From the IMG/VR virus record IMGVR_UViG_3300044998_001320: a stretch of 64,000 nucleotides of DNA. The stretch is one strand, 5' to 3'. Of this stretch, positions 19,900 through 28,014 are shown piece by piece; positions within the stretch are counted from its first letter, which is position 1; each line of letters opens with the position of its first letter. The stretch comes from an uncultured virus (IMG/VR IMGVR_UViG_3300044998_001320). Its lineage: Duplodnaviria; Heunggongvirae; Uroviricota; Caudoviricetes. Both the position numbers and the translations under genes were made by a program. The notes below the pieces were generated by a model. The model saw only the letters and a list, made by a program, of their open reading frames with translations, searched no databases and was not told the origin of the DNA.

Positions 19900-20097
19900 G
19901 TTTCCATGCTTTTTTCTTGATATTGAGCCGCTAGGGGTGATGGCCTTGGCGGCTCTTTTGTAACTATACCCGACTTGGTGCAAGCTTGCACCAAAAAAAT
20001 ATCGAGGGCTGATGCTAAAATAGCGACAAACCACCAAACCGCCAAATCACCAGAACCTCGCGAAACCGTGCATTTGCGGGGTTCTATTTTTGTGCAT

Positions 20098-21453
20098 ATG
20101 CCCCCCTTGTCCCTAGCCCAGACTATTGCTGCCGCGATGATTGCCATCGAATCAAGCGCGTTGCTATATCTGTGTCGTCGGCTGTCGTTTGAAGGCGGTC
20201 TGTCGCGCCGGGTGCTAAGTTCCCTTTCGCTGATTTTGACGGCGGTGGCAATCGGGCGGGTGAGCGAGTTGCACTTCTGGAGAATTGACATCCACTGGGT
20301 AGCGGCGATTGCCGACCTGACAGTGGGCATTGTGATCCTATGGCAGATGGCGTCCCTATGGACTGATCGCCGTCGTCTTGCTCAGTCGGTGAAAATGTTG
20401 CAAGGTCGTAACCCTGCCGCCATCGCAGATGCAGTTAGTCGCTATCAGTCCCTGTTTGATAGTGCAGGTCTCGGCATCGCTCTTCGCGACACTTCGAGCG
20501 GAGCCGTGATCGAATGCAATCCTCGCTACCTTGAAATCGTTGGGCGACGACAGCAATCCCTTTTAGGTGGCGAGCTGTGGACAAAACCCGAGTTCGCACA
20601 GACCGAGGCTCAGTACCGCCGCCGCCTGATCGACGGAGAAATCAAGAACTACGAATTGACAAAGCAAATCATCTTACCCGATGGATCCTTGCGCTGGGTG
20701 CGTGTTTGGTCGGCATTGGCTAACGCAGGCAGTAAAACGATGGACGTCTTGGCAGATGTGGATCGGGAAATCCGGGCAGGGCTTGAACGAGATCAGTCAT
20801 TGGCACAACTAGAAGCGCTCAATCGAGAGCTTGAAGGATTTGCCTACGCCTGTGCACACGATCTCAAGTCGCCCCTGCGTCGAATGCGTCAGCGCCTACA
20901 GATAGCTCTGGGATTGGAGGGTGACGCCCTTCTCGCCAAAATTCGGGAGACGATCAGCATCGCTGATCACTTGACAGATTTCATTGAGCAACTCTTGGAA
21001 TATAGTCGCCTGAACCGTGACGAGGATTTGACCTTGATGCCTGGGTCGATAACGGAAATCGCCCAAGCAGTTGCGTATCAATTTGAAGATGAGGCTCGCT
21101 TCGAGATCGACTCCGATCTTCCCCGTATTCGGTGCAGCCCCCCACAAATTGAGCGATTATTTGCCAATTTATATGGCAACGCAGTTAAACACGCGGGCGT
21201 TGGGGTGCTGATCACCGTCACGGGGCGTGTCAAGGGTGCATTTGCTGAGATTGACGTAATCGACAATGGGCCCGGAGTTAGCAAAGGGTTGTCTCACAAT
21301 CTCTTCCAACCATTTGTTCGAGGGGAGGAATCGACCGGGGTCGGGATGGGTCTCGCCATTTGCCAGAAAATTGTGGCAGCCCATGGCGGCATGATCACCC
21401 TGGTTCCTTCCAAAGGCGGGGCCCATTTCCGCATGCACCTTCCCCTTGTTTAG
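20098..21453 (+). CDS. Membrane-bound PAS sensor histidine kinase
   Basis: About 3 hydrophobic helices; PAS/PAC (YQSLFDSA...CNPRY...DGSLRWVRV); H-box FAYACAHDLKSPL; N-box NLYGNAVKH; DNGPG; LFQPF; GVGMGLAIC. Confidence 0.93.
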   Translation: MPPLSLAQTIAAAMIAIESSALLYLCRRLSFEGGLSRRVLSSLSLILTAVAIGRVSELHFWRIDIHWVAAIADLTVGIVILWQMASLWTDRRRLAQSVKMLQGRNPAAIADAVSRYQSLFDSAGLGIALRDTSSGAVIECNPRYLEIVGRRQQSLLGGELWTKPEFAQTEAQYRRRLIDGEIKNYELTKQIILPDGSLRWVRVWSALANAGSKTMDVLADVDREIRAGLERDQSLAQLEALNRELEGFAYACAHDLKSPLRRMRQRLQIALGLEGDALLAKIRETISIADHLTDFIEQLLEYSRLNRDEDLTLMPGSITEIAQAVAYQFEDEARFEIDSDLPRIRCSPPQIERLFANLYGNAVKHAGVGVLITVTGRVKGAFAEIDVIDNGPGVSKGLSHNLFQPFVRGEESTGVGMGLAICQKIVAAHGGMITLVPSKGGAHFRMHLPLV

Positions 21454-21456
21454 TCA

Positions 21457-21870
21457 ATGCTGACAACTGTCAAACCCGTAGTCCTGCTTGTCGAAGATGA
21501 CCCCGACGATGCTGCTCTCTCCAGTGACTTCCTGAGAGCGGCCGGCTGTCGGGTAGTCCTTTGCAATTCCGGCGAGGCAGCTTTGCGAGAGATTGATCGC
21601 AAAACCCCTTGCGACGCGATCATTGCTGATTTGCGAATGCCCGGGATGGGTGGACACGAACTACTGAAAGCCCTCAAAGCTCGCAAGTTGCAATTTCTCA
21701 CTGTCATTCTCAGTTCTAGCAGCTACCACAGGGATATTGATCGCGCTTATCAGTCTGGGGCAAATCTTTATATCGAAAAGCCGCGAGACCTGGATGACTG
21801 GCGCAAGACTCTAGCTACCCTCGCTAATCTGTACTTCTTACCGTGGATCAAGAAACCGACAGCCTACTAA
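21457..21870 (+). CDS. Single-domain response regulator (Rcp1-like)
   Basis: LLVEDD, IIADLRMP, ILSSS...DIDRAYQSGANLYIEKP. Confidence 0.93.
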   Translation: MLTTVKPVVLLVEDDPDDAALSSDFLRAAGCRVVLCNSGEAALREIDRKTPCDAIIADLRMPGMGGHELLKALKARKLQFLTVILSSSSYHRDIDRAYQSGANLYIEKPRDLDDWRKTLATLANLYFLPWIKKPTAY

Positions 21871-22625
21871 TTCTCTGCGTTGAGGACAATGATGATGACT
21901 GGGTGGAGCTGCAAACCCAGCTCGCCTCAGCGAAGATCTATGCTGAGTTCGGCATCGCCTGGAAGCGTTGCAAGTCGATTCATCAGGCCAAGAGCGAAAT
22001 CGAGTCGCAGCGTCCCGATATCATCTTGCTGGACTTGAAGCTGGTTGATTCGGCAAACCCCTTGGACACGACACGCACGGTGTCCGAAATTGCAACCCCA
22101 CTTGGGATCCCAATCGTGATTTTGAGTGGACTGCGAGATGATCCAACGATCGCTCGCGAATGTTCGCTAGCCGGGGCCTTTCAGCATCTCCAAAAAGGGC
22201 GTTTTGACGAGATCAACCTCCTTAACGCGATCCGTCTTAGCTACCAACGCAATCGAGAACTGCAACGCCAGCGTGATCTGTACTTGAACGCCCAACTCTT
22301 GGCGGCTGAAAACTTAGCTCTAGCCGAACAAGCCGCCGGGGTGTTGACGAAATTACGAGCAGACTTACGGAGATTTGCTCGTAATGAGCGTAACCGGCGC
22401 GTAGTCTACACGGCGCTTTTGGCGTCCCTGCTCTTTGTAGCATTCCCTTCGATCGAGGCGAACACTCTGAAACTAAAGGTTTCCAGCGAAGTGATCGGGC
22501 TGTTCACGATCCTTTGTAGCTTTATTTGGGGTCAAGGGACTTTTCATGAACGGCTGAGGCAAGCTGAGTCCTCCCACGAAGTGATCATGCAACTCAAGAA
22601 GCGTCACCAGGATTCAGAGGACTAG
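21843..22625 (+). CDS. Receiver domain fused to a coiled coil and two predicted transmembrane helices
   Basis: ILCVEDN, ILLDLKL, ILSG, LQKG; hydrophobic VVYTALLASLLFVAF and VIGLFTILCSFIWG. Confidence 0.85.
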   Translation: MDQETDSLLILCVEDNDDDWVELQTQLASAKIYAEFGIAWKRCKSIHQAKSEIESQRPDIILLDLKLVDSANPLDTTRTVSEIATPLGIPIVILSGLRDDPTIARECSLAGAFQHLQKGRFDEINLLNAIRLSYQRNRELQRQRDLYLNAQLLAAENLALAEQAAGVLTKLRADLRRFARNERNRRVVYTALLASLLFVAFPSIEANTLKLKVSSEVIGLFTILCSFIWGQGTFHERLRQAESSHEVIMQLKKRHQDSED

Positions 22626-22914
22626 GTGGGTCAAGATGGTCGGCTATATTCCGTAGTTCAGCGGCTATGCCCGATCGATCGCCGCCAAGCAGGTCAACCT
22701 CCAAGTGAGATTCGATTGTCAAGACCTTCGATAGCGGCATGGTATCAACCGTCCCATTGACTAGCTGAGTGATTCGGGGGGGTGAAACACCGATCACTCG
22801 CGCAAGCGAAGACCTTGCTCCGTGAGTGGACAAGGCTTGTTGAAGCCGATCACGTAGTCCTTCAGAGGCAAATCGTAGTCGTAGGGTTAGATACATTTGG
22901 GGAAATGCTTGCAT
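22594..22914 (-). CDS. XRE/Cro-like HTH regulator
   Basis: SSLARVIGVSPPRITQLVNG. Confidence 0.75.
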   Translation of the reverse strand: MQAFPQMYLTLRLRFASEGLRDRLQQALSTHGARSSLARVIGVSPPRITQLVNGTVDTMPLSKVLTIESHLEVDLLGGDRSGIAAELRNIADHLDPPSPLNPGDAS

Positions 22915-23016
22915 TATTTTTAATCTTACGGTTAAAATTAAAAATAATCAAAAGCGACTGCCAAAGCCTACACAATAAACGGCGATCACCAACCCCACAA
23001 CGAGGAATCAAGGCAT

Positions 23017-23367
23017 ATGTCGATGCTGAAAATCCCGGCTGTAATCAAACCCTCAGAATGGGTTGAAGAGCTGCGCACAGCTATTCAACGCGAGCGACAC
23101 CAGTGGCTGGCTGCTGGGTATTACGACGAAAACATTCCCATCGAAGAAATTGAATCTGATCAAATTGAAGCTTTTCTTGAGCGGCTTCGCGACTTTGGCT
23201 CAGCGAACACCCCAGGCGAACAATCTCGTTTTTTTGCGGTCTGGATGAAGCAAATGAACCTCTCCCTGAATGCCCTGAAGGAATCTAATTTTGAAGACTT
23301 TCTCTGCGTTGATTCAGCTGAAAAAATCAGGGACGGGATTGCCAAAGAAATCGAAGGGTATCAATAA
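23017..23367 (+). CDS. Hypothetical acidic protein
   Basis: ATG with upstream GAGGA; divergent from the HTH gene. Confidence 0.6.
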   Translation: MSMLKIPAVIKPSEWVEELRTAIQRERHQWLAAGYYDENIPIEEIESDQIEAFLERLRDFGSANTPGEQSRFFAVWMKQMNLSLNALKESNFEDFLCVDSAEKIRDGIAKEIEGYQ

Positions 23368-23395
23368 GTAAGTGCTGCTCAAAATTCAAGCCAAG

Positions 23396-23821
23396 TCAGG
23401 ACTGAAACAAGGCTTGCTCAGCAGCTCTACGACGGATCAATCCTGCCAAAACTTTGCCGCCGCCTTTGTTCCAGCGTGGAAATTCAGCGGCGGCTCCTTC
23501 GTAGTCCCCCTTGTTTAGTTTTGAAAGCAGCGTGGACTTAGACAAGGCTCCTAGTCCCACGTTGTATGCAAAACTGACCAAAGCATCAAACTGAGATTGT
23601 GTCAAGGGAACGTTGACCAGTCGATTAACTCCCGCCTCAAACTCTGCAAGCTCTGCCCGCAGCATTGCCTCTGCTTGTTCTCTGGTGATCTGCTGTCCAG
23701 GGCGAACCCCTCTTGTGCAGCCCCACCCGATTGTCCAGACTCCTGCTGGACATTTATAAGCCGTTAGATACAGTCCCTCAAATTGCTTGATAAGATTCAG
23801 TCCTTTGTCGCTGATTCGCAT
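23396..23821 (-). CDS. GH24 lysozyme (endolysin)
   Basis: [43 protein letters not shown]. Confidence 0.95.
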   Translation of the reverse strand: MRISDKGLNLIKQFEGLYLTAYKCPAGVWTIGWGCTRGVRPGQQITREQAEAMLRAELAEFEAGVNRLVNVPLTQSQFDALVSFAYNVGLGALSKSTLLSKLNKGDYEGAAAEFPRWNKGGGKVLAGLIRRRAAEQALFQS

Positions 23822-23827
23822 ACTTGA

Positions 23828-25597
23828 TTATTGGGCTAAAGTCAATAGCTCCAGATAAAATGGTTGATATCCTGTACTGCTTGGCTCAGTAAATTCCCAG
23901 GGCTTGGCCTGCCAGTTGAGATAAGGGATTTCGGCGTAGCGCTTTTGAATTGGCTGGTCAAGGATCGCGGTTTGATCTCCGGAATAGTACTGGCTTACCC
24001 CACCAACCAGGAAGCCCGGCGGTGGATCCTGGGTTGCTGCTGCCCCGCGCCCCCACTGGTAATGGTAGAATATCTCTACTGCGTTGGAGCACCCCAAAGA
24101 CCTCGCGCCGCTGAGATACACCTTGCCAAAGGGATTGACTCCGTGAAGGTAGTTGAGGCAGGCAATCCCCCGTGCTCGGACGCTGGCTTGGCGATTGGCA
24201 GGGACTTTCCCGTCGGCGATCGCCCGCAGGTTTTGAGATCCGTAAGCGGCCACCTTGAAGTTGCTACCCCAATGGTAGTCCCACTCCTTAAGTGAGGTTC
24301 GGTAGGGGTCGTCGGTTTGCATCCCAAAGCCATCGGAGTTTGCGACGATCGAGTTATACCGCTCTTGAATCGCATCAACAATCGCTGGTGATCGCAAGCT
24401 TGCAGGCAGCCGGGTGCAATAATGGGTAGCAGCATGGGCTTCGTAAGCGCGCTCTGTTCCCCAGTTATAGTCGACGCTGATCGGATGGATCTTCGTGTAG
24501 GTCGCAGCGATCGCCGTTTGGTACTGAGAGTTGCCGGTCAGATGCAGTAAGTAGACAGCCGCCACAAACTCAGCCGCCAACTGCCAATCCTCGGTTTGAT
24601 CGGCTCGCCCCGCTTGCACCCGGGGAGACACGGTATCTGGATCGTCGGCAGCCGTGTCTTTCGTGGAGCGTGCCTTGTACCAACTCCATGCACTGATTGC
24701 TCGCGCCTGAAGGTCGGCGGCATAGCCTCCATACCCCAGGCGATCGCGCATCACCAGGGCAAAATGAGCGAACAACCCAGCAGCGGCAATCGTACTGCTG
24801 GTCGTCGGCGCAGCATAGAACCGGGGGCGTGTATCGCTGGATACTGGCCATGCCTCGATGCCGGGCGTAGATACCCCAACCTTTAGAGCAACCGAGCCAT
24901 CGGGGAACTGAGCCTTTACCCAGCTATCGATTTCCCACTTGATCTCTGCCAGCACATCGGGCAGGGAGGCTCTGGACTCGGGAATCCCTAGAGATAGGCG
25001 ATCATATAGGGAGCTGTGGCACTCATACAGAGCGATCAGGGTGTGGTAGTTTGCCGCGAAGGTGCAATAGCGGTTCGTGTCCCCAGCATCAAAGTGTCCC
25101 CCACGCAAGTCTCGCTCAGTGGCGGGGGTGTTGTTGGTGATCAACCGGGCGACTTGGTCTTGATTGTACGCAGCGGCGCGAGGCCAGTGCCCAGCATAGC
25201 GACGAAGGACGGTATGACTAGACCGCTGGTGGTAATAAGTCCGCCAGGCGGCAATCAGCGCTTCACGGTAAACCTGTGGATGGATCCTGAATGAATAGGA
25301 CGTCTCACCGCCGGGTTTGGTGTCCACGATCTCGTAGACCCCTGGGCGGGTAACAGCGGAAAAATCGAAGTGATGAACCTTGTCGCCACTGAGGGTATGA
25401 GTCGCGCCGGCATTCCAGGCGACCGGAGTCCCACTAAAGACGACCTCCCCAGTGCCCCGGCGGCGTACTTGCAGGGTGGTTCCGACGATGTAAGGCTCAT
25501 CACTGCCGTAGCCAGACTGAGGATTTTGGATCACTGCCACCTTGGTGTCATCGGGTCGGTAGCCGATCTGGTCAACGTGGATGTGTTTGATGGGCAT
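23828..25597 (-). CDS. Glycoside hydrolase family 9 with N-terminal CelD-like Ig domain
   Basis: IHVDQIGY, FDFSAVTRPGVY, YYHQRS, DLRGGHFDAGD, EIKWEID, WGSN, HGVNP, WEFTEP; start MPIKH at 25597. Confidence 0.88.
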   Translation of the reverse strand: MPIKHIHVDQIGYRPDDTKVAVIQNPQSGYGSDEPYIVGTTLQVRRRGTGEVVFSGTPVAWNAGATHTLSGDKVHHFDFSAVTRPGVYEIVDTKPGGETSYSFRIHPQVYREALIAAWRTYYHQRSSHTVLRRYAGHWPRAAAYNQDQVARLITNNTPATERDLRGGHFDAGDTNRYCTFAANYHTLIALYECHSSLYDRLSLGIPESRASLPDVLAEIKWEIDSWVKAQFPDGSVALKVGVSTPGIEAWPVSSDTRPRFYAAPTTSSTIAAAGLFAHFALVMRDRLGYGGYAADLQARAISAWSWYKARSTKDTAADDPDTVSPRVQAGRADQTEDWQLAAEFVAAVYLLHLTGNSQYQTAIAATYTKIHPISVDYNWGTERAYEAHAATHYCTRLPASLRSPAIVDAIQERYNSIVANSDGFGMQTDDPYRTSLKEWDYHWGSNFKVAAYGSQNLRAIADGKVPANRQASVRARGIACLNYLHGVNPFGKVYLSGARSLGCSNAVEIFYHYQWGRGAAATQDPPPGFLVGGVSQYYSGDQTAILDQPIQKRYAEIPYLNWQAKPWEFTEPSSTGYQPFYLELLTLAQ

Positions 25598-25604
25598 GGC
25601 TTGA

Positions 25605-26444
25605 CTAGTAGGCGATCGCGTAGACTTTAGCCGTGCCACCAGAAATCGACTGGAGGGAGATTCGCACCGATGGGCCATCCACGGGAAGTTCCCACGCCAC
25701 AGATGCGAATTCCCCAGTGGTAGCAGTTGCAATCTCAGTCGCCAGGTCGCACACATAGAACGTGCGATCGCCCGGGGCCGTCGACCCAGCGACCCGGCGG
25801 AACTCGACAGCCAATCGGAGCAGGCTGTCCATCTCGGTTCCATAGGCGGACACCTTGATTCGACTGGCCCCAGCGGGCACGGTAACAAAGTTGGCAGCGC
25901 TAAACGGGACGGCGCTTGTGGACTCAAAAAACGGGTTGCCGGAGTTTAAAGTCACAGGAGTGAAGGGTGTAGGGGTGGGTGTAGGGGTGGGAGCAGAGCC
26001 AGGCGTAGATGACAGGTTGTTGATACCATCACGGATCTGTTCGAGGGTCACAGAAATCGCGCCCAAGATCTGATGGGTGGAATCGCGCCCGTTTGCCTCC
26101 TGATCACGGAAAGCGGAGACCCGATCATTCGTAGTTGACAACAGCGCGCTTTGTCCACTTAGTTGGTTGAGGATGGCAACCAAGCGGCTTTCCAAGGTTA
26201 CTCCGGGTGCGCCAGGTAACCCGAGCTGCGCTGATAGCTGATTGATTGAGTTGACGATCGGTGGGGCGGGGCTATCCGCGCTAGCAGACTCGATCGCCGC
26301 TAACTGATCAAGCAGGGCGTCCCACTGGCTTGTCACCTGACGAGTCGTGAGTCCGCCGTCCGTTGGGGCAACCACGACTACCGGCGCTTGCAGCCCATCC
26401 GGTAATTCAATCCAACGCTCTTGACTTGGATCAGGGCGGGGCAT
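25605..26444 (-). CDS. Putative fibre-like structural protein (coiled coil, PT linker, beta C-terminal domain)
   Basis: Located in the fibre cluster; paralogous to 27229-28002. Confidence 0.55.
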   Translation of the reverse strand: MPRPDPSQERWIELPDGLQAPVVVVAPTDGGLTTRQVTSQWDALLDQLAAIESASADSPAPPIVNSINQLSAQLGLPGAPGVTLESRLVAILNQLSGQSALLSTTNDRVSAFRDQEANGRDSTHQILGAISVTLEQIRDGINNLSSTPGSAPTPTPTPTPFTPVTLNSGNPFFESTSAVPFSAANFVTVPAGASRIKVSAYGTEMDSLLRLAVEFRRVAGSTAPGDRTFYVCDLATEIATATTGEFASVAWELPVDGPSVRISLQSISGGTAKVYAIAY

Positions 26445-26713
26445 TATTCAGCGGCTCCTTCGCTAGGGGTCGATTCGGCGCGCTGGATTTCGATCGGGTC
26501 GTCAGCCCGCTGGTCAATCCAAGACTCCATTCCGTTGTCTGCGTAGACCAAGTGCACCACCTCAATTGGATGGTCATCAATTCGGACAAAGCGCTGCTCA
26601 ACGCGCTCGACTCGAACCCACTTGTCAGTGGCGCTTTGGCGCACTTGATCACCAATCTGAACCTCGCGGGCGAGGCTGGTGAATTCACGGACTCTCTTGC
26701 GGGGTGCAGCCAT
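26444..26713 (-). CDS. Hypothetical small beta protein
   Basis: Tightly packed in the operon. Confidence 0.6.
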   Translation of the reverse strand: MAAPRKRVREFTSLAREVQIGDQVRQSATDKWVRVERVEQRFVRIDDHPIEVVHLVYADNGMESWIDQRADDPIEIQRAESTPSEGAAE

Positions 26714-26717
26714 TTTC

Positions 26718-27239
26718 TTACGCCTCCATCGCTAAGATGATATCTGCTCCAGTGACCAAGCGACCCAAGTGGTATTGGGCCCAACTAACAGTTTCCAGGG
26801 TGGTACGCGCGTCGGGGTCTCCGGCGGCGACATCGATCGCCCGGACTGCCACCGGATCGAACCGCCCAAGGATCGCCGCCGCTTGATCGCCGTTGATGAT
26901 CAGGGCTACCCGCGCCGCTTGAATCAGGTCTGTAACCTGCTTGCTAACACTGGTTGCGCCATGGGGATGGGCATGCAATAGTTGCCTTAAGAACTCAATG
27001 GTCAGACTGTTGGACATCAGCCCAGCGATCTGGTCGTCGCGCAGCAACCCCTCGCTAACCAAGGTGGGCAGATCGACGGGCTTCAGGACGGGCTGGACGG
27101 CCGGCCCTTGGGTTGGATCATTCAACAGGGTGCACGCATTGGGAATACGCGCGTCGATCGGCCAAGCCTCCATATCAATCTCATCAAGACGATCGCGCAA
27201 CAACGCCAACTGGTCTGCGGTCAGGTCACTAGACATCAC
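26718..27239 (-). CDS. Hypothetical protein, possible fibre chaperone
   Basis: Tightly packed in the operon. Confidence 0.6.
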   Translation of the reverse strand: MMSSDLTADQLALLRDRLDEIDMEAWPIDARIPNACTLLNDPTQGPAVQPVLKPVDLPTLVSEGLLRDDQIAGLMSNSLTIEFLRQLLHAHPHGATSVSKQVTDLIQAARVALIINGDQAAAILGRFDPVAVRAIDVAAGDPDARTTLETVSWAQYHLGRLVTGADIILAMEA

Positions 27240-28002
27240 TCACCTCGCTGGCAAAAATCGTCAGGTTACCAGTGCTAACCGACCGCACGTGAATCACCGC
27301 CTCCTTGGCTCCTTGCGCGGGTATTTCCACCGCATCGGCCGCGAACTGCCCTGCCAAGTTGACAGAGGTGGCAGCCAGATTACTTGAACGCAGCCAGCGG
27401 CGTGACAGCAACGGCGTACCCACAGCAGACCGCAGCTCTACAGATATCGAAGCCGTAGCGTTGTTAACTGAGAAGTAGGGCTGGAGCAACAGAGACTTGG
27501 TACGCCCAGTCAAGGCGATTGGATCGCTGTTGGCTGCACCGGTAACAGCATTGATTGCGGCGATTCCACCATTGAGAGACGCATTGGATTCGATGACGGG
27601 TTGATTTAATCGCGCCAGGATCTGACTTAGCAGCACCTCGCTATCGGCAAGGTCTGTGCGAATCAAAGCCAATCGTTGCCCCACAGAAACGAGGTCATCT
27701 CCTAACAGTAACCCCTTGATTGCTTGCAGGGTCAAACGTGTTTCTGCGACCAAGCTATTAGACTGGGATATAGTCAATCCCATTGCTTCGACCAAGTCAA
27801 AAATCGAATCGCCGCCCTCGTTTTTGAATAGCAGCAACAGATTGCCAAGGCGGCTGTTGATTTGCCCGATTGCTGCGATCTGAGCATCGGTCAAGGCGAC
27901 AGGCAATCCCTCAATCGTGGGCACAACAGCAACGGCCTGCACAAACCCCCCATCTGGATGGGGATGCCAAAGTTGCTGAGAATCGGGTGGACGTGGAGCC
28001 AT
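27229..28002 (-). CDS. Putative fibre-like structural protein
   Basis: N-terminus similar to 25605-26444; coiled coil then beta domain. Confidence 0.55.
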   Translation of the reverse strand: MAPRPPDSQQLWHPHPDGGFVQAVAVVPTIEGLPVALTDAQIAAIGQINSRLGNLLLLFKNEGGDSIFDLVEAMGLTISQSNSLVAETRLTLQAIKGLLLGDDLVSVGQRLALIRTDLADSEVLLSQILARLNQPVIESNASLNGGIAAINAVTGAANSDPIALTGRTKSLLLQPYFSVNNATASISVELRSAVGTPLLSRRWLRSSNLAATSVNLAGQFAADAVEIPAQGAKEAVIHVRSVSTGNLTIFASEVSDV

Positions 28003-28014
28003 GGTTGTTATTTT

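Noticed and set aside
19896..20330. Antisense or alternate-frame ORFs here and throughout (e.g. 155-592, 7776-8396, 36734-37489, 44646-45296)
   Set aside because: Shadows of well-supported genes in GC-rich DNA with no recognisable motifs
19345..24210. Lack of HIP1 as evidence that the signalling operon is foreign
   Set aside because: Only about 3 sites are expected, and the tape measure region also appears to lack them
25598..25927. 110-aa N-terminal extension of GH9 in the ORF track
   Set aside because: Overlaps the upstream gene in another frame; homology starts at MPIKH
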